Shown: piece after piece, positions 27,488-36,850 of the stretch
Numbering within the stretch: the first letter of the stretch is position 1
Layout: each line of letters starts with the position of its first letter
Assembly (NCBI GenBank): GCA_964447075.1
Contig: CAYUQY010000003.1
Coordinates: forward strand, 7,463 to 71,462
Source: an uncultured Pseudomonadales bacterium
GTDB lineage: Bacteria; Patescibacteriota; Microgenomatia; UBA1400; PJMF01
DNA length: 64,000 nucleotides
Reading direction: 5' to 3'
Notes under the pieces: model-generated
Databases searched by the model: none
Seen by the model: only the letters and a program-made list of their open reading frames with translations
Told to the model about the DNA's origin: nothing
Made by a program: the position numbers and the translations under genes

Positions 27488-29725
27488 TTATTTTTTGCCC
27501 TTTTCATCCTGCAGCTTTTTTATCTCAAGCAGTTTGATTTTTGCTTGTTCGTTGTTGGGCTGAATTTTTTCTAGAACATAGACATATTGCTGAGTGGCTT
27601 CAGTTAGTTCGTTTTGTTCAAAGTAGATTGCTCCCAGAGACATTCGCGCTGGCTCGAAGTCGCTTTTGAGTTGGATTGAGTTCACTAGGAACTCCTTAGC
27701 TTGCCCAATATCGCCTTGTTTATAGGCAGTAATACCCTGATTATAAACAATTTTTGGATCAGTAGGAGCTAGAGTTTGAGCTTTTTCAAGTACATTTTGG
27801 ACGTTTCCCAGAAGGGCGTCGTCCATTTGGGATAAGGTAAATAGAGACTTAACGATCGATTTGTAACTAGTGAGGCTGACTGGATTGAGGTATAGCAAGA
27901 CTTTGGAGTTGAGAATGGCTTGATTATAGTAATTGAGAGCTGAGACGTCATCGCTTTTTTTGTAAAAATCTATAGCTACTTGACTCTGGACATCGATCAG
28001 TTCCTCGTAGAAAGTACTCTCAAATGGTCTGATTATGACGGCTTTTTGGAGTAGGGTCATGGAGAGTGTAATCTGACTATCTAAGTTGGCTCTTTTGCCA
28101 GAAGCAAATAAAAAATCTGCGTACCAGATGTGAGCTATGCTTACTATAAAAAATACTGCGACTATTAGGATGAGAATAGATGCGGCTAGTTGGACGTAAA
28201 TATTTTTTACAGAATTAAATTTATGAATGTTCTTTGAAGGTGAGATCCAGACAAACCAGGCTGCAGGAACTAGAAAAAAAAGAATCGACACCATCACTGT
28301 CGAAAAACCAAAAAAATTAGTGATCAAAATGGCGACTTGGCTAGAGATGACAGCTGACGTTACAAGCAGATCGTATCTAGATTGATGTTTATCGGAATTT
28401 TTTTTGAAGAGGTAGCGGAGAGGGACAAAAATAAAACTGCCGCATAGTAATAAATAAGTTGCCAGACCTACTGCGCCTGTTGTGGCAAGATAGTTCAAAA
28501 ATTCATTGTGAGCTTTATTATAGAGGAAGTCCCACTCTGATAGAGCATTGTGATCTAGTGGTCGGTCACGATAGTAGCTATAGGCGAATGTTTCGACACC
28601 TGATCCTAAGATTGGATAGCGTTGCCAGACTGCCAGGGCACCTTGCCAGACTATGAGTCTAATTCTTCCAGAGTTTGATCCTGATTTGAGCGCAGCTGGA
28701 ACTAGGTTGAGAGATTCTTGATTGTTGCTTTGTGAAGTTAGAGAGCTGAGATGTCCAGACAAATAATCAGCTAAAGTGTTTAGTTTTGGCATCCATATTT
28801 TTGAAGTTATGGCAGTCACCATCATCAGTAATAAAGCGCAGCTGACCAGGTAGAACTTGATACTCACTCTGATATTCTTCAGCCATTTTCTATGTGAGAT
28901 TTGTTGTCTCAACTTTTCTGACCTCCAGATGTTAGCTGTCGAGAGTAGTAAGGTGATCAGAAAAGCGACAGCAGCAGCGAGAATGCCCGAATCTGATTTG
29001 GTAAAAACTGTGCAGCCTATGATCACTAGAGGAGTAGCTAGAGCAAGTATTAAGGCAGATAACTTCCAGATTTTTTTGTGAAGCTGGACATAGATCCATA
29101 GGCTCGCGATGAAACTCAGAGGAAGGACTGCTGTCAAAAAAGCAGCAAGCCAGTTAGGTTGTCCGAAGCTGGCAAAAACGCGGTTGGCGACATCTAGTGA
29201 TTCTGGCCAGCAGTCATTGCTAAATCGACCAATCATGAGTCTGCAGCTGAAGGAGCTGCCAAACTTTTCAAGAGTCCCCCATACAGAGACTAATATGGCA
29301 CTGGACAGTAATGAGATTAAGATGCTTTTGAGGTGTTTTTTTTCTAAAAAATTGACAGCTAAGTAAAAAATAGCGATATAAGACAGGGTAGAGAGTAGGC
29401 CTCCGTTAAATCTAGTGTAGTAGCCAAAAAGTGAGGTATAAGGGTGAATCGAGAAAAAAGTAGAGAGTAGCTGAGAACTTAGAAAAAGGAGTATTGGTAG
29501 GTCAAAGGGTGTTTTGCGCCAGCTCAATTGATGTGTGAGGATAGTTTTTCCCACGGCCGTGGCAACTATAAGTGTGGTCAGTGTATAGACCAGAAGCATT
29601 TTATTGAACTCGAAAAGTTCTTCATTCACCCAGATGAAGAAAAGTGGTGTCAAGAAAACCAATAGGTGAAATAGAAGAACCAAAAGCTGTTGCAGGTGTT
29701 TGTCAAGGGTGTCTCGATCGAGCAT
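27488..29725 (-). CDS. O-antigen ligase/oligosaccharyltransferase-like (Wzy_C) protein with TPR tail
   Basis: FGQPNWLA, RLIVW, PILGSG, AHNEFL; many TM helices; C-terminal TPR helices. Confidence 0.85.
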   Translation of the reverse strand: MLDRDTLDKHLQQLLVLLFHLLVFLTPLFFIWVNEELFEFNKMLLVYTLTTLIVATAVGKTILTHQLSWRKTPFDLPILLFLSSQLLSTFFSIHPYTSLFGYYTRFNGGLLSTLSYIAIFYLAVNFLEKKHLKSILISLLSSAILVSVWGTLEKFGSSFSCRLMIGRFSNDCWPESLDVANRVFASFGQPNWLAAFLTAVLPLSFIASLWIYVQLHKKIWKLSALILALATPLVIIGCTVFTKSDSGILAAAVAFLITLLLSTANIWRSEKLRQQISHRKWLKNIRVSIKFYLVSCALLLMMVTAITSKIWMPKLNTLADYLSGHLSSLTSQSNNQESLNLVPAALKSGSNSGRIRLIVWQGALAVWQRYPILGSGVETFAYSYYRDRPLDHNALSEWDFLYNKAHNEFLNYLATTGAVGLATYLLLCGSFIFVPLRYLFKKNSDKHQSRYDLLVTSAVISSQVAILITNFFGFSTVMVSILFFLVPAAWFVWISPSKNIHKFNSVKNIYVQLAASILILIVAVFFIVSIAHIWYADFLFASGKRANLDSQITLSMTLLQKAVIIRPFESTFYEELIDVQSQVAIDFYKKSDDVSALNYYNQAILNSKVLLYLNPVSLTSYKSIVKSLFTLSQMDDALLGNVQNVLEKAQTLAPTDPKIVYNQGITAYKQGDIGQAKEFLVNSIQLKSDFEPARMSLGAIYFEQNELTEATQQYVYVLEKIQPNNEQAKIKLLEIKKLQDEKGKK

Positions 29726-29826
29726 GAGGTTATTGATTGTACTACCACTTGCTTGATATCTCATAAGTTTGTTAAACTGATATTCATAGTAATGTCCAAC
29801 GCCCGATACGTGAAGTAAGGAGAGAT

Positions 29827-31221
29827 ATGTTTAATTTTTTCCGTAGATCAAAGTCAGATGCCACATCTGGAAGTACTGCTGTTTCTGATGTACCTTTGGC
29901 TCCCGCTCTTGCGGTAGCTTCAACATCTGAGGTTGCAGATGAGTCGGCAGCTCTTGTCCAGAATGTAGATTTATCATTATCAAATGCGACGCCAACCGTG
30001 CCGACAGTAACTCTAGCTCCTGGTTCGATGACTTCAGCATCAGATAGTTTTTCGACCATAGTAGCTACATCTGCTCCTGCTGTATCTGGCTTTGCGACGG
30101 CCGGTTTACCAACGGCACCAAGTTTACCAACGGCACCTAGTCTGCTAACGGCACCAAGTCTACCAACGGCACCTACATCTCCAATTGCAGCATCTTTGTC
30201 AACTTTGCCCACCCTACCGAATTTTTCTTCACAACTTCCGCCTTTACCATTCTCATCTCCAGCTTCAGGAACTGCTTCAATTCCTGGTTTTGCTCCAGCA
30301 CAGGGTGTTTCTTCATATGTTGACGCTTATGTCCCTCCAGCACACGCAGACGTACTGCCTATGCCTGCTGAAGTTGGACCCAGGCCAAAAGGGGTAGTTG
30401 TGCCTACTACATCAACTTGGGAGCCTAAAGAGCTCTTAGAGCCACAGGAAAAATTACTTTCATCAACATCTTCTGACTCAGCTAAGCCAACATTCTCATC
30501 CGTAACACCTTCATGGTCAGCTGCCACTTCAGTTGCTCAAGATTCAGCAGTTCAGGCTGCATTGATGAGGCCATCAGCACCAGCCACACCAGTCGCAACC
30601 AGTGCATCATTTCTAACCACCGCGTCAGCTCAAGCTGTCCACAGTAGCACCCCAACTCAAGCTGTCCACAGTATCACCCCAACTCCAGTAGCTTCAGTAA
30701 CCCCAACTGCAGTACATAACTCAGCTCCAGCTTCAGAGAATTTTGACCTGTCTAGTGTTAGCTCGCCAGTTTCTAAGACACTTGAGGATCAAAACATCTT
30801 TTTCTTGCTAGGAGTGATGAATATTTCAGATGAAGAAAAAGACAAGTTTCTAGATGATCTTCAAAAAGTAATCTGGGATGATTTCTTGACACAGGACTTG
30901 GAGTTACTCTTAACTGAAGAAGAACTAGAGGACTTTCACAAAATAGAGAAGCTTCAGGGAAAAACTGAGGATGAGGTTCAAGTTGCAATGATTGAGTTTT
31001 TGGAAAAATTAATCCCTGATCTTGAAAAAATAATGTTGGATAAGGCGCTAGAGCTCAAAGAAGGCATGTTTAGAGAAAGAATCAAAGAGCTTAAGCTAGA
31101 GTATCTGAATAAACCTGAGTTGCTGACCAAAGTACAAGAAGCAGATGACTTGGTAAATGTGGATAAGGGTGAGGAGGACTGGCGCGCAGCTGCAGATATT
31201 CTTAACCACCTCATTTCTTAA
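29827..31221 (+). CDS. Ser/Pro/Ala/Thr-rich disordered protein with acidic helical C-terminal domain
   Basis: Low-complexity N region with LPTAPS-like x4; NIFFLLGV...EKDKFL C-terminal domain; SD before ATG. Confidence 0.75.
   Translation: MFNFFRRSKSDATSGSTAVSDVPLAPALAVASTSEVADESAALVQNVDLSLSNATPTVPTVTLAPGSMTSASDSFSTIVATSAPAVSGFATAGLPTAPSLPTAPSLLTAPSLPTAPTSPIAASLSTLPTLPNFSSQLPPLPFSSPASGTASIPGFAPAQGVSSYVDAYVPPAHADVLPMPAEVGPRPKGVVVPTTSTWEPKELLEPQEKLLSSTSSDSAKPTFSSVTPSWSAATSVAQDSAVQAALMRPSAPATPVATSASFLTTASAQAVHSSTPTQAVHSITPTPVASVTPTAVHNSAPASENFDLSSVSSPVSKTLEDQNIFFLLGVMNISDEEKDKFLDDLQKVIWDDFLTQDLELLLTEEELEDFHKIEKLQGKTEDEVQVAMIEFLEKLIPDLEKIMLDKALELKEGMFRERIKELKLEYLNKPELLTKVQEADDLVNVDKGEEDWRAAADILNHLIS
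30105..30175 (+). repeat. 18-bp coding tandem repeat (LPTAPS-like, about 4 copies)
   Basis: TTACCAACGGCACCAAGT-like units. Confidence 0.8.
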
Positions 31222-31261
31222 GATTTTGTACAGTATACTCATCCTCTATTAAGATGAGTTT

Positions 31262-32230
31262 ATGTCTCGATTTCAGAATTTTTTCTCAGCCTTAAATTTG
31301 TTTGAGAGTGCTAGAACAGAGACTGTAGTTGACCTAGGATCAGCAGTTATCAAGTACTCTGTCGCCAAAACCAATAAAGGTAGTATGCCTTCTTGCATCG
31401 CTGTGATGACTGATAGCAGGGAGTTTTTGAGCATTGGCTACTCGGCCTTAAGTATGAAAGGCAAAAATTCCTCTAAAGCGAGCATTGTTTTTCCCTTCAA
31501 AGTTGGCAAAGTTGTCCATGAAGCTGAAGCCAAACTATTGGTAGAAAATTTGATCAGTTTTTTTGGTCTCTCTAGGATTTTGAGGAACAGAGGTTCTATC
31601 GTTTTGAGTGTAGTGGATGATCTATCAAAGCTGCAGAAAGATCTCTATAGAAAGCTATTTTCTAGTTATTTCTTGAGTGGAGTTAAGTTTGAGTCACAGA
31701 TAGATCGCTTGATTCTGCACAGTAGCTTAGCCAAAAACCACGCTCCAACAATAGTCCTTATCTATGGGGCTAGCTGCACTCAGGTCTTTATTACCAAATC
31801 TGGCAGAGTGTTGTATAAAGATCTAGTGACTCAGGGAACCCAAAAATTTTCACAAGAGGTCTGTCAAGTAGTGAGAACTAAGTTTCAGCTGTTGATAAGT
31901 GAGCAAGAAGCAGATAGCCTGAGATACCTCAAGGAAAATGAGATGATTAAAACTGTCAGAGGTCAGGATTTGATCCAACAGAGACCAGACAGTAAGCTGC
32001 TTAAACAGGAAGATATCCTTTTTTTTAGAGCTCAAGAAGTTGCTTTTTTGTCAAAGTTGATAGAGAAGGCAGCAGAGAAAGCTTACGAATTTAATGATCT
32101 TAAAACTCCACTTCAAGTTTTTTTGACAGGCGGAGGTAGTCTCAGGGCTGGATTGGCTGAGCAGTTAGCTGCTGCAACTGGTCTCAAAACAAAACGATCA
32201 GCCAACTCTTTATATGACACAACTACCTAA
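31262..32230 (+). CDS. mreB: Divergent MreB-like actin homologue
   Basis: VDLGS, PSCIAV, RGQDL, LTGGGSL; first gene of mreBCD-mrdA. Confidence 0.75.
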   Translation: MSRFQNFFSALNLFESARTETVVDLGSAVIKYSVAKTNKGSMPSCIAVMTDSREFLSIGYSALSMKGKNSSKASIVFPFKVGKVVHEAEAKLLVENLISFFGLSRILRNRGSIVLSVVDDLSKLQKDLYRKLFSSYFLSGVKFESQIDRLILHSSLAKNHAPTIVLIYGASCTQVFITKSGRVLYKDLVTQGTQKFSQEVCQVVRTKFQLLISEQEADSLRYLKENEMIKTVRGQDLIQQRPDSKLLKQEDILFFRAQEVAFLSKLIEKAAEKAYEFNDLKTPLQVFLTGGGSLRAGLAEQLAAATGLKTKRSANSLYDTTT

Positions 32231-32269
32231 CTACGTAGTGTTTGAAATTTGTATCTAAATTAATAAATT

Positions 32270-33070
32270 ATGAGTAACACGCTCTTAATCCATTCATTCC
32301 AGTCTAGATTAAAAGTTTGGGCGACTGCTGTGATGTTTTTTTTTGGCGTGATCTTGTTTGAGTTTTTAGGCCTTTTTTCTCCGCTAAGAGCTACTGTTCA
32401 AGAGTACTCAATGCCCCTCTTAGAAGGAGTGTCTAGAGTTTTTGTGATGGTTGGATCACCCTTATCCTACTTGAGAAATTTTTACGACACCAAAGCTAGA
32501 ATTGCCGACCTAGAACTAAGATACAGTGAGGCCTCAGTTCACTTAGCAGAGTTGGATAGCTTGCGAAAAGAGAATCAAGAGCTGAAAAAGTTTTTGGGCG
32601 AAGAAGGAGTTCAGCCAGGTGGGACTGGGTATATTGGAAGACCCATAGTTTCATTTGGAGTACCAACTGTGGCACTTAAGGAAGGGGAGTCAGTCATATC
32701 TGGCAGTGGTGTCTTGGTGCAAGGTGTACTAGTGGGTCGTGTGAGCCGCCACAGTAGTAGTTTGGCAGAAGTAAAGCTTCTATCCAACTCAGGTAGCTCG
32801 CCACTCTTAGTCCAGACAGACAGGGGAGAGACTGGACTAGTTATTGGCACAGGCGTTGAAGTACTTCTTACTCAGCTCACTTCAACAGCAGACGTACGTA
32901 CTGGAGACAAGATACTTACTATAGCTCAAGAGCAGATTCCGGCCGGAATTTTGGTAGGTAGAGTAGGTGAAAGTAGAGTCCTACCCCAATCAGCAGTTAA
33001 AACAGTAGTGGTGGAGCAGTATGTTTCATTTCTAGAGAGTTTTGTAGCCTATATCTGGAGTTCAAAGTGA
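32270..33070 (+). CDS. mreC: Rod shape-determining protein MreC
   Basis: TM helix, coiled coil LRKENQELK, LVGRV, IPAGILVGRV. Confidence 0.88.
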   Translation: MSNTLLIHSFQSRLKVWATAVMFFFGVILFEFLGLFSPLRATVQEYSMPLLEGVSRVFVMVGSPLSYLRNFYDTKARIADLELRYSEASVHLAELDSLRKENQELKKFLGEEGVQPGGTGYIGRPIVSFGVPTVALKEGESVISGSGVLVQGVLVGRVSRHSSSLAEVKLLSNSGSSPLLVQTDRGETGLVIGTGVEVLLTQLTSTADVRTGDKILTIAQEQIPAGILVGRVGESRVLPQSAVKTVVVEQYVSFLESFVAYIWSSK

Positions 33071-33098
33071 AAAGTTAGATCTAGTCTGAGATTAAATT

Positions 33099-33560
33099 AT
33101 GAAAGTAGTTCTCCAACATTTATTTTTGCTTTGTTTAGTCCTGTTGTTGCTTTTGGTGGAGAGGGTAATAGGTGTTCCAGCTACTTCGCTGATGATAGTC
33201 ACAGCTTATTTTGCCAAGCTGGATAGTATTTTTGATGTTCTGTTTCTTTTTATTTATGGAGTTATGATAGCTACTTTGTTTTTGATGCCAATCTCATTTG
33301 TTTTGGCTTGTTTTTTAGTTTTAGCAGGCATTTTAGAGCTACTACCTTTTGCCAAACTTTATCCAGTAGCGATGAGGTTCTTGATGATTCTAATCCTCAA
33401 TCTATTTTATTGGGCTTGGACAAGTTTTCCTACCCATCCAAATCAGATACTTTCAATCATTCTCAGTTTTATAAGTTGCTTAGTAGTTGGTAGGTGGTGG
33501 CAGAGTAGCTTGCAGAAGGTTCATATTTTTGGAACTCTCAAACGAGCATCAAAGAAATGA
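33099..33560 (+). CDS. mreD: MreD-like membrane protein
   Basis: Highly hydrophobic; located between mreC and mrdA. Confidence 0.6.
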   Translation: MKVVLQHLFLLCLVLLLLLVERVIGVPATSLMIVTAYFAKLDSIFDVLFLFIYGVMIATLFLMPISFVLACFLVLAGILELLPFAKLYPVAMRFLMILILNLFYWAWTSFPTHPNQILSIILSFISCLVVGRWWQSSLQKVHIFGTLKRASKK

Positions 33561-35413
33561 TAATTAAATTTTCACTCTATCAGCAAAAGCGCAAAGTATT
33601 GATATTTTGTGTGATCAGCTTCATCTTTAGCGTCCTTGCACTTCGTCTTTTTGAGTTGACAGTAGTGCGAGGTGAGAAGTACAGACTGATTGTAGAGAAT
33701 CACCGTTACTCGACAGAAAGACTTAGACCCAGCAGGGGTCTAATTATGGATAGATTTGGAGATCTGTTGGTTTGGAACCAGCCACTTTATCTAAAAAAAT
33801 CTCCAGATGGTGATCATAAAAATAAAGTAATAACTAGAGACGAAGCATTCCAAATATTAAGTAGTCCTGAAAGTGAGAATGTCAAAGTAGCTGACGTCAG
33901 AGGCTATCGTTTTGAGAGCTCTCTGTCACAGGTGATAGGTTATGTAGGTGAAGCCACAGCCCAAGATTTGCGTAGTGACGATCGTCTCAAAGTAGGCGAT
34001 GTGGTGGGCAAAACTGGCCTTGAGTTCTCATTGAATGAGCAACTTAGTGGTGTGCCTGGGGAGGAGATTTTTGAAGTAGATGCCAGGCAGAAAAGGGGGG
34101 ATCAGCTAACTCACAAAAATCCTGTCCATGGCACTAGTGTTAAAACTAGTCTTGATCCATATCTATCTCAAGTGGCAAGTAACTTGATGAAGCCGTTTAA
34201 AGGGGTAGTTGTAGTAAGTGATGCCTCATCTGGACAAATCTTGAGCTTAGTGAGCTCACCTAGTTACGAGGCTAATATCTTTGTCCCAGAGGCCAACTCT
34301 GATGCAGAAGGTCTGCGTCAAAAGCAGTTAAGTTCAGCTCTCAATAGTGAGAGCAAGCCGCTGTTTAATAGAGCTCTGTCCGGCACTTATCCATTGGGTT
34401 CAATATTTAAGTTGGTGACGGCATTGGCTGGCCTCAAAGAAAAGAAAATTGATACTTCTACAGTGGTAGTAGATGAAGGGACGCTCAAAGTAGGTGAGTT
34501 CGAGTACGGCAACTGGTACTATACGCGCTTCGGTCATGGCGAGGGAGCTATCTCGCTGACTAGAGCTATTGCTCGCAGCAATGATATTTTCTTTTATAAA
34601 GCGGCTGAGTGGGTCGGACCTGTGAAGCTCTCGAGTATGGCCAAACTTTTGGGATTTGGGGCTGCTACTGGAATCAACTTACCTAGTGAACAGATTGGAT
34701 TAATTCCTGATCCAGATTGGAAACTAAACACCTTGGGAGAGCCATGGTACTTAGGCAATACTTATCACATGGGAATAGGGCAGGGAGACGTGTCGGTCAC
34801 TCCTCTTCAAGTATCAGGACTGATGCAGATCCTGGCCAATGATGGTAAAAAATGTGAGCTGACCCTTTCGACTTCAGAAAGTAAGTGTCAGGATTTGGAG
34901 CTAAACAAAGGAGACCTAGATGTCGTGCTTCAAGGTATGTTCCAGGCTTGCAGTCCTGGTGGGACTGCTTCAGTCTTTTTTCCTTGGAATAAAGAGATAG
35001 TTGGTCAGGATGGAGTGTTTAGAGCTGTTTCTCTAGAATCTGGAGCTGTGGCTTGCAAGACAGGAACTGCTGAGTTTGGGGCTGCTGACGCAAAGAAGAG
35101 ACGTAGGACTCATGGATGGTTTACGGTCATTTCACAACTCAATTCAACTCCTACTCCAGCATCAAATTCTCAGCTAGAGCTGGATCCGGATCCGAAACTG
35201 GATGTTGCGATTTTAAAAGCAGAAAGTTTACAGGAGGCAAGTCTTTCACAACTTCGTACACTTTGGCAATCTAAGGTTGATAAGTATGGTTATCCCAGAA
35301 GAGTAACTATTACGGTTTTAATAGAGAGCGATGAAGCTTTGCCCTTCAAAGAAGGTTCAGCTGAAGCAGCTTTGATTGCCAATCAAATGCTGAATTGGTT
35401 GGTGGGAAAGTAA
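33557..35413 (+). CDS. mrdA: Penicillin-binding protein 2
   Basis: RGLIMDR, SIFK (SxxK), SND, KTGTAE. Confidence 0.92.
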   Translation: MIIKFSLYQQKRKVLIFCVISFIFSVLALRLFELTVVRGEKYRLIVENHRYSTERLRPSRGLIMDRFGDLLVWNQPLYLKKSPDGDHKNKVITRDEAFQILSSPESENVKVADVRGYRFESSLSQVIGYVGEATAQDLRSDDRLKVGDVVGKTGLEFSLNEQLSGVPGEEIFEVDARQKRGDQLTHKNPVHGTSVKTSLDPYLSQVASNLMKPFKGVVVVSDASSGQILSLVSSPSYEANIFVPEANSDAEGLRQKQLSSALNSESKPLFNRALSGTYPLGSIFKLVTALAGLKEKKIDTSTVVVDEGTLKVGEFEYGNWYYTRFGHGEGAISLTRAIARSNDIFFYKAAEWVGPVKLSSMAKLLGFGAATGINLPSEQIGLIPDPDWKLNTLGEPWYLGNTYHMGIGQGDVSVTPLQVSGLMQILANDGKKCELTLSTSESKCQDLELNKGDLDVVLQGMFQACSPGGTASVFFPWNKEIVGQDGVFRAVSLESGAVACKTGTAEFGAADAKKRRRTHGWFTVISQLNSTPTPASNSQLELDPDPKLDVAILKAESLQEASLSQLRTLWQSKVDKYGYPRRVTITVLIESDEALPFKEGSAEAALIANQMLNWLVGK

Positions 35414-35532
35414 ACAATGCCTTTTTGGTGAAACTGCCTCGATTGGTATCCAGATGTTGAGCTGAATTAAATTCAAGTAATCAAAGCTCTTTTTACTACG
35501 CTTTTTTAAAGCTTCGTTTGTTAGAGTGCCTC

Positions 35533-36828
35533 ATGTCTCAAATGATTCCGATGCCTCAGATCGTTCAGATTGATCAGCAACTGAAGATTGTGCAGGCTGA
35601 TCGTCGAGTAATTACTGCTTTTGCAGCTGTAGAGGGCGTAGGTCAAGCTACCCTAAAGCGATTGAATCAGGCTTCTTCCAGAGTTAAAGGAGGCTGGTCA
35701 CAGCTCTGGAAGCTACTGACAAAACAAAGTCAACATAGATTTATTGACACGGGTCTCTTGAGCGAGAAACAGTACGAAGCGGCTCTGAAGTTTCATAGAA
35801 ATTACAGTCCTGATAGTTATTTTGAGTTACTTGAGTCCAAAAATATTGAAGTTATCTTGAGTGGTGAGAGTGAGTATCCCAAGCTTCTAGCTCAAATTCC
35901 TGATAAGCCAGAAGTTCTTTTCGTCAAAGGTAACAAAAGTTGCTTGAACTCACTTACAGTCGCGGTAGTAGGTACTCGCAAACCAACTAGCTACGGCCAG
36001 TTCGTAACTCAGAAGATAGTAGAAGAGCTGTGCTTTCTAGGTTGCTGCATAGTTTCTGGATTTATGTATGGAGTGGATGCCTTGGCTCACAAGACGGCTC
36101 TTTCCTTGGGGAGCAGGTCTATCGCAGTTTTAGGTTTTGGTTTTGATAAGTTTTATCCCAAGTATCACGAGCAGCTCATGGAGGAATTCTTGGCAGCTGG
36201 AAATGTTTGTATCTCTGAGTTTCCTCCCCACTCAGACTCTAGACCATACATGTTTCCCATGCGTAATCGTATCGTGGCAGGTCTCTCACATAGCGTAGTA
36301 GTGACAGAAGCTGCGGCAGGGAGCGGCAGCTTGATCACAGCCAGGTGTGCAGGAGAGTATGGTAGAGGTATCTGTGCCGTGCCTGGATCCATCACTTCAC
36401 TCTACTCAGATGGAACTAGAGAACTGCACAATGCAGGAGCAGTGATGATCTCTTGTGGAGCAGACGTTTTAGAAGATATTTCTGACAGTCTTGAGCCATC
36501 TCTAGCTGTTTTCGAAAGATGCTACAGTCATAAAACTCAACTGTCACCTCAGCTCAAGCAGCTCAAAGGAAAATTTAGCCATAGTTTGAAACAAGAATTG
36601 AATCATCATCTCAAACAACGTCAAAAACCCAATCTAGTCACAGCCCTACTTTCATCAGAGCTAGAGAAGAAGACCTATCATGAGCTATTAAGTGGCCCAA
36701 AGGCAGTTGATGACTTGATTGGAGTCTTGAGTGTCTCAGTTCCAGATCTTTTACAGTTATTGACCAAACTAGAGTTAATTGGTTTGGTAAAAGCTCAAGG
36801 TGAGTTCTGGATGGTTTCATACAAATAA
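35533..36828 (+). CDS. dprA: DNA-processing protein DprA
   Basis: VVGTR, VSGFMYGVD, FPMRNRIVAGLS, SGSLITA; C-terminal winged helix. Confidence 0.95.
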   Translation: MSQMIPMPQIVQIDQQLKIVQADRRVITAFAAVEGVGQATLKRLNQASSRVKGGWSQLWKLLTKQSQHRFIDTGLLSEKQYEAALKFHRNYSPDSYFELLESKNIEVILSGESEYPKLLAQIPDKPEVLFVKGNKSCLNSLTVAVVGTRKPTSYGQFVTQKIVEELCFLGCCIVSGFMYGVDALAHKTALSLGSRSIAVLGFGFDKFYPKYHEQLMEEFLAAGNVCISEFPPHSDSRPYMFPMRNRIVAGLSHSVVVTEAAAGSGSLITARCAGEYGRGICAVPGSITSLYSDGTRELHNAGAVMISCGADVLEDISDSLEPSLAVFERCYSHKTQLSPQLKQLKGKFSHSLKQELNHHLKQRQKPNLVTALLSSELEKKTYHELLSGPKAVDDLIGVLSVSVPDLLQLLTKLELIGLVKAQGEFWMVSYK

Positions 36829-36850
36829 CTGCTACAATCTCCAGTGTCTT

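Noticed and set aside
29784-30212. Antisense 142-aa ORF with LGAVG repeats
   Set aside because: It mirrors the LPTAPS repeat of the + strand gene; other antisense ORFs inside conserved genes were dismissed for the same reason
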